64,000 bases of DNA from an uncultured virus (IMG/VR IMGVR_UViG_3300010334_004649) (lineage: Duplodnaviria > Heunggongvirae > Uroviricota > Caudoviricetes). The notes beneath the pieces were generated by a model. It had not been told where the DNA came from. It searched no databases and was given only the letters and a program-made list of their open reading frames with translations. Positions 57,442 through 64,000 of the stretch are shown piece after piece; the stretch's first letter is position 1, and the number at the start of each line of letters is the position of its first letter. The translations under genes and the position numbers were made by a program. The stretch is from IMG/VR virus record IMGVR_UViG_3300010334_004649; one strand, 5' to 3'.

Positions 57442-57812
57442 GGTGTCTTGACCAACTGAATAGTGCGACGTTTCAATTTTTTGTTGATGAGATCCATGAC
57501 GCTGATCGAAGGACCTTCGATCAGCGTGACTTCCTTGCGAGCAAAGGTCTTGAGATATTGCTTGAATGGTCTAAATCTTTCGCGAAGAAAGAGATTAATT
57601 GGGATAGTCCGGTTACTTTCCCACCACCAAGTTTCACCACAAGATAAAAACTCTCGTTTTACATTCTGTGGCAATGTGGGCTCCAGTACATATAAACTGA
57701 CAAAATTTCCATCATAATTCTGCATGATTCCGATGTGTTCGGAATTGAGATATCTTATAATGGTTAGAAATGGAAATTTTTCTTGCAAAATTGCGTGAGT
57801 TTCTGGGTTCAT
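57438..57812 (-). CDS. Conserved-looking phage hypothetical protein
   Basis: FPFL, GI.QN, GE.WWWESNR.IPIN.FL; late core at 57836-57841. Confidence 0.75.
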   Translation of the reverse strand: MNPETHAILQEKFPFLTIIRYLNSEHIGIMQNYDGNFVSLYVLEPTLPQNVKREFLSCGETWWWESNRTIPINLFLRERFRPFKQYLKTFARKEVTLIEGPSISVMDLINKKLKRRTIQLVKTP

Positions 57813-57904
57813 AATATCAACTGGTCTGTTTGTGGTATTTATAACAGGAAGTGAACGTTGGTTAATAAAACGATAAATACCTTTAGAGAGGCAAATGGCA
57901 GCAC

Positions 57905-59053
57905 ATGGTCGACCAAGTTTTGTTCAAATACAAAGAGTATGTACAACTCTGGTATACCAAAGGTAATGCTCCCAACATAAATCCACCCATGATACAGTAC
58001 AATACCAAAATTTACAAAGGCGCTACAAATACCATAGATTTTGTGGTTAGAAACAATGACCGTAAGCCGGTTAATTTGGCCGGATATCAGATAGACGCAC
58101 TAATACAGCGTGTTGAAAGTGTAACCACTGTACCAGGCAATGGCTACAATCCACTAGCAGAACTGTTGTTGATTCAACCAGTTCAGACACTGCAGGATAC
58201 TGCTGGTACAGCACGTTTGACGCTGACAGATCTTGAAATTGGACAATGGCTTGGCGGCTATTACCGCTATACTATCAGACTCACAGCAGTTACGGGCGAA
58301 CAGACCTTTCTATTTACTGATATAAATCGCAGTACATATGGTAATTTTGAACTGATTGAGGGCATGAGCACGTCATTGGTCCCAGCCATAAACATTCCAG
58401 CCTATCAATTTACTCCTGAGACAGTAGACGATCTCACCAATCAATATATATTTGCCTCTGGTGCTCTACAGGGCAATGCCCAGGCAGAGCGCAGCAGTGG
58501 TATGCATACAATGGTAGCCTACACCGGCAACGGGTATGCTGGAAAGTTTTGGATACAGGCCAGTCTCACATTGAATGCCCCCAATAGTGTAGATTGGACC
58601 AATATACCAATAGGTAATGGCACTGACTACTTTCAATACTCGCCGCCATATAACAGTCCACCGATCAAAGTTTTTAATTTCACCGGTAACTACTACTGGG
58701 TTCGTGCTGTGTTTGAAAACCCTCTGTATCAACAGTGCGGTATGTGCAATCAATACTATCAAACCACACCAATAATTCCCAGTTGTGGTCCTTTACCATT
58801 TACCTGCGCCAGCCGTAATAATCGTCAGTTTCAGCCTCCCCAGGGACCATGGACTTGTGGACCAAATCCGCCAGCATGGCCACCAAGGTGTTGCACACCT
58901 CCACCTCCATATCCGCCAGCACCATATCCTCCGCCCCCGGGTCCATACCCACCGGCACCTCCTCCTATACCTTATCCAAACCCACCGCCTGGGCCACCAC
59001 CACCACCGCCATGTAATCACGGATACTTTGCTGGAATTCTCTATAAAAACTGA
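57905..59053 (+). CDS. Ig/BppU-like virion protein with a Pro/Tyr/Cys-rich insertion
   Basis: KIYKG..N.IDF...N.DRKPV N-terminal domain, NFTGNY.WVR C-terminal domain; late core at 57874-57879. Confidence 0.75.
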   Translation: MVDQVLFKYKEYVQLWYTKGNAPNINPPMIQYNTKIYKGATNTIDFVVRNNDRKPVNLAGYQIDALIQRVESVTTVPGNGYNPLAELLLIQPVQTLQDTAGTARLTLTDLEIGQWLGGYYRYTIRLTAVTGEQTFLFTDINRSTYGNFELIEGMSTSLVPAINIPAYQFTPETVDDLTNQYIFASGALQGNAQAERSSGMHTMVAYTGNGYAGKFWIQASLTLNAPNSVDWTNIPIGNGTDYFQYSPPYNSPPIKVFNFTGNYYWVRAVFENPLYQQCGMCNQYYQTTPIIPSCGPLPFTCASRNNRQFQPPQGPWTCGPNPPAWPPRCCTPPPPYPPAPYPPPPGPYPPAPPPIPYPNPPPGPPPPPPCNHGYFAGILYKN

Positions 59054-59087
59054 GGTTGTAATACCAATTACCACCGTATAAACTAGA

Positions 59088-60113
59088 GTGATGTTGCTTG
59101 TTCATCAACTGGTACAGGATCATCTACCAACAAAACGTCGACAAACGGCCAAAGGTTGGATAACATTCAACGGAGTCTGTTGTCATCACAGAGGTCACAA
59201 TCCTGACACTCGTTCTCGTGGTAATCTGTTGATCAGTGCAGATGGCAGTATGGTAATCAATTGCTACAACTGCGGTTTCAAGACCATGCACAAAGGTGGC
59301 GATATCAGCGGTAATTTTGAAATATGGCTGGGTTACCTAGGTATTCCTCGTGCAAAGATACAGGCTGCCAAATTGGAATTGTTGAGTTTAAAACTCAGCG
59401 GAGAGATAGAATCAATTGAAACTGGTGACTTCTTACGACCAGAAAATTTTCCTGAGGCGTCATTACCAAAACACGCTAGACCAATTAACGAATGGCTAGA
59501 GTCAGATGAAGTAGCCCCAGAACTGGCGACCTGTATGGAATATCTCATCAGCAGAGGACGTGCTGTGGCAGAAAATCATTCCTATTATTGGACTCCGATC
59601 ACACGCTGGGATCTTAATCATAGGATACTGATACCATTTTATCATCGTGATCGCATCATCGGATGGACAGGTAGATATGCAGGTTTACCTCCAAAAGAAG
59701 TACCGCGTTATTATAATAGTGATTTACCAAGTGGATACTTGTTTAACAACAGTGTGTTGGATCACAAGAACAGACGGTATGTCCTGATAACAGAAGGTCC
59801 ATTTGACGCCATAGCAGTGGATGGGATTGCTGTGCTGGGCAGTAAGATCAACCAACAACAGATAGCATGGTTGAATTCATCACCTAAGGAAAAGATTGTA
59901 GTGCCGGATCGACAGATGAAAAACCAAGAACTAATAGACACGGCTCTAGAACAGGGATGGTCGGTGAGTTTTCCTGACTGGGCACAGGGCATCAAGGATG
60001 CTGCAGATTCTAGCAAACGATATGGTAGGTTATATACTATAGCCAGTGTTATACAGGCTAGAACCAAAAGCACGTTGGAAATCAGCATGAAACGACAGAT
60101 GATGAGGAGTTAA
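59088..60113 (+). CDS. 61: DNA primase (gp61-like)
   Basis: Zn ribbon (CCHH...CYNC), RILIPF, G.TGR, TOPRIM EGPFDA, PD, KDAAD. Confidence 0.9.
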   Translation: MMLLVHQLVQDHLPTKRRQTAKGWITFNGVCCHHRGHNPDTRSRGNLLISADGSMVINCYNCGFKTMHKGGDISGNFEIWLGYLGIPRAKIQAAKLELLSLKLSGEIESIETGDFLRPENFPEASLPKHARPINEWLESDEVAPELATCMEYLISRGRAVAENHSYYWTPITRWDLNHRILIPFYHRDRIIGWTGRYAGLPPKEVPRYYNSDLPSGYLFNNSVLDHKNRRYVLITEGPFDAIAVDGIAVLGSKINQQQIAWLNSSPKEKIVVPDRQMKNQELIDTALEQGWSVSFPDWAQGIKDAADSSKRYGRLYTIASVIQARTKSTLEISMKRQMMRS

Positions 60114-60114
60114 C

Positions 60115-60747
60115 GTGGCCAAAACACCTACAGAAACCAAAGAATACACTGAGGAAAAACAAAAACTACTCATTGACGTCCTTTTGAGCAGCGAAGAAAT
60201 CTTTGCTCGCTGCCAAAATATCCTCAATGCCAAGTACTTCGTCAACAAATATCGCCCTGCCATGCGATTTATCATGCAGCATGCTGAAAAATATCGCATC
60301 TTACCAAAATTTGAACAGGTCAATGCTGAAACTGGGCTAACATTTAACAAGATAGAAAACATAGCCCCACAGCATCAGGATGCTTTTCTAGACGAGATTG
60401 AAGAGTTCTGTAAAAACCGTGCACTGGCTGATGCGGTGTTGAATGCTGTCGATCTCATAGAAAAAGGCAACTACGGCGAAGTTGAAAAATTAGTTAGAGA
60501 AGCCATACTGATTAGTCTGCAAAGTGATATAGGCACTAACTATTTCGAAGATCCTAGATTAAGGCTGATGAAGATCAAAGACAACAATGGTCAGATCAGC
60601 ACTGGCTGGCGAGACATTGACGACAAACTCTATGGTGGAGTAAATCGTGGTGAGATAACCATTTGGTGTGGCGGTAGTGGATGTGTAGTGGCAGATACCA
60701 AGATTCAGATCATTAAATTGTTAGATTTGTCAGAGTCAGCAAGGTGA
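60115..60747 (+). CDS. 41: Replicative helicase (gp41-like) N-part fused to a 21-aa split-intein N fragment (60682-60744)
   Basis: ISTGW..ID..L.GG.NRGEITIWCGGSG|CVVADTKI; stops inside Walker A. Confidence 0.9.
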   Translation: MAKTPTETKEYTEEKQKLLIDVLLSSEEIFARCQNILNAKYFVNKYRPAMRFIMQHAEKYRILPKFEQVNAETGLTFNKIENIAPQHQDAFLDEIEEFCKNRALADAVLNAVDLIEKGNYGEVEKLVREAILISLQSDIGTNYFEDPRLRLMKIKDNNGQISTGWRDIDDKLYGGVNRGEITIWCGGSGCVVADTKIQIIKLLDLSESAR

Positions 60748-60778
60748 AGCAGATCTCAAGAAGAAAGGTTCAATATAG

Positions 60779-62488
60779 ATGATTTACAACGTAAAAAAAT
60801 ATGAATATGTCAATCAGTATTATACTGCTGCTCAGATTGAATCATATTGCGCTGGTGACAACTCTAAATTAGATAAACTTTGGCATTCTGCACAACCAGT
60901 GGAAATCACAATAAAGGATTTTATTGACCAATGGGAATACGGCAAATATTTGATTAACAGTCCCGACGGATACATACCCGTTGTTGATACTATTATTAAG
61001 CAGAAAATAAAGATGTATGAGATAACAACAGAATTGGGCAAGTCGTTGACCTGCAGTTATGATCATTATCTACAGGGCCCGTCAGCGGAGTGGATATACG
61101 CTCAGAATCTCAGCATTGGAGACAAGATACTAACCAAAGACGGTATAGAACGCATAACCTGTGTGCAAGAATTACCCGGAGACACGACATATGACATTGA
61201 AGTAGGACACGAAAATCATAGGTACTACACCAATGGGCTATCTAGCCACAATAGTGGCAAATCGCTGTTCTTGCAGAACATTAGCCTCAACCTGGTCAAA
61301 CAGGGTATGAATGTAATCTACATCACATTGGAGTTGAGTGAGGAACTTTGTAGCATGCGCATGGACAGTATGTTGAGCGAAGTTCAAACCAAAGAAATCT
61401 TTCGCAAGATAGATGAGGTAGAAATACGTGTAAAACAAGCAGGCAAGCGCAGTGGTTTGCTGCATGTCAAACAGTTACCCCAAGGCAGTACCTGCAATGA
61501 TATCAAGGCCTATCTCAAGACCTATGAGATTGAAACACAACGTAAACCAGATGTTCTAGTTGTAGACTATCTCGATCTATTGTTTCCCAACAACAAGAAA
61601 ATTGACCCCAGCAACCTATTTGTCAAGGACAAGTTTGTCACAGAAGAACTGCGCGGACTAATGGTAGAACGTCAAATGATTGGCATGACCGCCGCCCAGT
61701 TGAATCGCTGCCTTTCTACAGATACTGAGGTAGTTTCAAATGGAGTTAAAACAAAAATCTTAGAAGTTAACGTTGGCGATTGGCTAGATTCATCTGAAGG
61801 TCCAGTGCAAATTTTAGAAAAATTGCCTGTAATTAAACAACCAGTGTTCAAAATCACAACAAAAAGTGGTAAAACTGTGACATGTAGTGCAAAACATAAA
61901 TTTCCCACCAAATCTGGATTAAAAAGTTTAGAATCTGGGCTAAAGATTGGCGATTCTTTGTCTGTAGTGATAAACATGTATCAACTTTTTAAAATAGATG
62001 ACGAAATTACATCAATTGAATATATTGGAGTTGAAGATACAGTAGATATAAATGTATCTGGAAATAAATTATTTTATGCCAACGAAATTTTAACACACAA
62101 TTCCTCAGTTCAAGAACAAGAACACGATCACAGTCATATTTCGGGTGGTATTTCCAAGATCCAAACGGCGGATAATGTGATTTCTATCTTTGCCAGCGCT
62201 GCTATGAAAGAACGTGGTCAGTATCAGGTGCAGTTTCTCAAGACGCGCTCGTCTAGTGGTGTTGGTAGCAAGGTCAATCTTGGATTTGATCCAAATACCT
62301 TGCAGATATTCAACAGTGATGATGACAGTGCAGCAGTTGTAACCAGCAGTGCCACTGCAGATGTTTTTGCAGATCTCAGAAGGAAGAATTCATCCGCTGC
62401 TAAGAAGGCTGATGGCGACCAAAAGTCTACAGATTCAACAAAAAGCATCAAAGATCTCAGCGCATTAACAGCACTGGTACGTCGTTAA
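60779..62488 (+). CDS. 41: Split-intein C fragment (60779-61252, 158 aa) plus helicase C-part, which contains a second contiguous intein
   Basis: CSYDH block B, HRYYTNGLSSHN|SGKS, TLELSE, VVDYLDL, AQLNR|...|S, KTR. Confidence 0.92.
   Translation: MIYNVKKYEYVNQYYTAAQIESYCAGDNSKLDKLWHSAQPVEITIKDFIDQWEYGKYLINSPDGYIPVVDTIIKQKIKMYEITTELGKSLTCSYDHYLQGPSAEWIYAQNLSIGDKILTKDGIERITCVQELPGDTTYDIEVGHENHRYYTNGLSSHNSGKSLFLQNISLNLVKQGMNVIYITLELSEELCSMRMDSMLSEVQTKEIFRKIDEVEIRVKQAGKRSGLLHVKQLPQGSTCNDIKAYLKTYEIETQRKPDVLVVDYLDLLFPNNKKIDPSNLFVKDKFVTEELRGLMVERQMIGMTAAQLNRCLSTDTEVVSNGVKTKILEVNVGDWLDSSEGPVQILEKLPVIKQPVFKITTKSGKTVTCSAKHKFPTKSGLKSLESGLKIGDSLSVVINMYQLFKIDDEITSIEYIGVEDTVDINVSGNKLFYANEILTHNSSVQEQEHDHSHISGGISKIQTADNVISIFASAAMKERGQYQVQFLKTRSSSGVGSKVNLGFDPNTLQIFNSDDDSAAVVTSSATADVFADLRRKNSSAAKKADGDQKSTDSTKSIKDLSALTALVRR
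61709..62101 (+). mobile_element. Contiguous mini-intein (131 aa) in the helicase
   Basis: QLNR|CLSTDT, CSAKHKFP, DINV...LFYANEILTHN|SS. Confidence 0.92.
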
Positions 62489-63246
62489 TGCGCTGACTTG
62501 TACTGTAGCACATCTCCAACCAGCAGCATCAGAGCCACTACTATGTGTGAAAATTCTCTGCTGCTGATGGCCTGCTCATCGCCCTCAACATGGTTTACCA
62601 TGCTGGCAATACTTTTCAATGCTGATGCTTCTTGACCATTTTTGGCGGCTGTAAGTGCAGACACTACACCTGTCATAACATGTGAAATGCCGCCATTTTT
62701 TGTTCGATTATTCATACCCTTGATGATATGGTAGACCAGTTTGGTTGCCTGAAGTTTAGACACTGGACTGGTATTACCGGCATCCTTGATTACTGTTGTT
62801 AGATCTTTAATGCTGGCAATTTTGGTTTTGGTATCATTAGCCTCGGTAATTTCTTCAGTTGATTCAGCTGCAGATACGGCCTTGATATTATTCAACAGGG
62901 ATCCTTTATCGCCCGATGCCAACATATGATCAAATGCCGTAGCCAGCGCCAGAGTTTGTTTACTGTCTAGTTGCGGTTTATCGCTTTGTAGTGCCGCTAT
63001 AGCACTTTTGAAACTACCCTGAAGATCCTGCGGAATGTCAAGCCTTTGTATCAGTTCACCAACATTGAGATTACCTGCTATCTTCTGAAGTCCGGCTGGT
63101 TTAGTCAAAAGGTCATCAATAGATTGGCTGCTTTTGGAGGCTGACAAATCATCGGCTTCATCGACTGCAGACATATATTCAGATAGTGTATCTACCAGAC
63201 GCCTAAAGTCTTCGGCAATATATTGTGACATGATTTGACTCTCCAA
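62485..63246 (-). CDS. Hypothetical helical, probably internal, protein
   Basis: Late core at 63257-63262; FRRLVDTLSE leader; VDE and ITE sites. Confidence 0.7.
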   Translation of the reverse strand: MESQIMSQYIAEDFRRLVDTLSEYMSAVDEADDLSASKSSQSIDDLLTKPAGLQKIAGNLNVGELIQRLDIPQDLQGSFKSAIAALQSDKPQLDSKQTLALATAFDHMLASGDKGSLLNNIKAVSAAESTEEITEANDTKTKIASIKDLTTVIKDAGNTSPVSKLQATKLVYHIIKGMNNRTKNGGISHVMTGVVSALTAAKNGQEASALKSIASMVNHVEGDEQAISSREFSHIVVALMLLVGDVLQYKSAH

Positions 63247-63312
63247 GGTATCAGTCTATTTATATATTTGGCTAGCAGGTATAAATATCGCTAGATCAAA
63301 CAGGAATATATC

Positions 63313-63558
63313 GTGGATCATATTAAGAATTTCATAGATGAACTCGACGCGATTGTTCCAGCAAAGAGCAAACATACCGTCATCGAAAGCAGAGCCACTC
63401 ATCTCATTGCTAGTGCAGTTAATCTTGTGCGCTTAATCAGAGAAAGTTATCCGACTGAGCAGGCCGAAGATTTGGTCAAACGTTTGCATCGCAGCATCCT
63501 TAGTGAGGATGACAAAAAATTCACCCGCAAAATCAAAGAATTGAGGAAAGACAGATGA
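63313..63558 (+). CDS. Small conserved-looking phage protein (GTG start)
   Basis: Late core at 63282-63287; IESRA.H.I.SA.NL...I.E.Y. Confidence 0.75.
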   Translation: MDHIKNFIDELDAIVPAKSKHTVIESRATHLIASAVNLVRLIRESYPTEQAEDLVKRLHRSILSEDDKKFTRKIKELRKDR

Positions 63559-64000
63559 ACTCGGAGATGAGACATTATCTTGACATCGTAGAAGATAAAA
63601 ATTCAATAATACACGAAGGAATACTGGACAGTATCAAGAAATGGGTATCAGGCCTTGGAGGCCCGGTAAAACAACGCGGCCAAGAATTGATCAACGATCT
63701 TGCAGCACAATTGAAAAGCAAATATGGTGCTGCTGTCCCAAAACAGACACAGCAGGCCAATCGTGATTGGATGTGGGGCAAACTTACTTATAAAAATCTC
63801 TATGACTTTTTAAAGAAAAACCAATTTGAGGATGCTGATATTGATACAGCATTGCGTAATTCTATAGTCAGCAACAACCTCAAACAGTTGTTTCGTACTC
63901 TACCAGCAGATGTTGAAAAACCAACACTGCCGCTGAAAGGCGCAACCATACGGAACAATACTAATTTTATCTCTGCGGCTGTTGACAGCCAGACTAAACA
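63555..64000 (+). CDS. Hypothetical protein, 3'-truncated by the window edge
   Basis: ATGA overlap; open to the window end; MRHYLDIVE...IHE|GILDSIKKW leader. Confidence 0.7.
   Translation, partial: MNSEMRHYLDIVEDKNSIIHEGILDSIKKWVSGLGGPVKQRGQELINDLAAQLKSKYGAAVPKQTQQANRDWMWGKLTYKNLYDFLKKNQFEDADIDTALRNSIVSNNLKQLFRTLPADVEKPTLPLKGATIRNNTNFISAAVDSQTK

Noticed and set aside
58793..59074. Antisense Trp/Arg-rich ORF
   Set aside because: It is the mirror of the CCA/CCN proline codons on the plus strand and has no RBS
60745..60781. Programmed frameshift or sequencing error joining the helicase halves
   Set aside because: The upstream frame has TGA and the downstream frame has TAG immediately before its ATG; an RBS-like sequence is present
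1..64000. Stop-codon reassignment, as seen in some large phages
   Set aside because: Core genes are intact in the standard code; TAA, TAG and TGA all end genes and many ATGA overlaps exist; the two split genes change frame, so readthrough cannot join them
1..64000. CRISPR array, tRNA or rRNA genes
   Set aside because: No regularly spaced repeats or cloverleaf-like sequences were seen by eye and intergenic gaps are short; tRNAscan and Infernal were not run
1..64000. Apparent abundance of CTAG and GATC words
   Set aside because: Impression only; it may reflect CTA and GAT codon use and needs a k-mer observed/expected calculation

Overview
This is a 64 kb segment of a large T4-like (jumbo-type) myophage genome in the standard genetic code; the host cannot be identified from the sequence. 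It contains the head module (portal gp20, prohead core, protease gp21, scaffold gp22, capsid gp23), neck and tail genes (gp13, gp14, gp15, gp18, gp19, gp54-like), gp4 and terminase. It also contains a replication/recombination module (gp32, UvsX, UvsY, UvsW, gp62-like, a minimal DnaE, primase, gp41 helicase). Structural genes are preceded by a T4-like late promoter core, TAAATA. Two enzyme islands interrupt the virion module. One is a ~10 kb glycosylation island next to the capsid gene: six putative glycosyltransferases including GT71-, GT34- and GT92-like, NDP-sugar enzymes, a split transketolase, an FkbM methyltransferase and a sulfotransferase-like gene. The other is a ~6.7 kb acyl/lipid-modification island placed exactly between tail sheath and tail tube: two PP-loop ATP-dependent enzymes, two GNAT-like proteins, a desaturase, a hydroxylase, a 2OG-Fe(II) oxygenase, a methyltransferase and a tail-fibre-chaperone-like protein. 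Four genes carry five inteins. Two are naturally split with unusually short N-fragments (terminase 49 aa, helicase 21 aa), one is a class-3 LAGLIDADG intein, and one resembles a fused gp41-8 intein. Other oddities are a CCA-type nucleotidyltransferase with a changed template motif, a probable AUA start codon, leaderless late genes and an extensin-like Pro/Tyr/Cys insertion. All family assignments come from motif recognition by eye; no database search was run.
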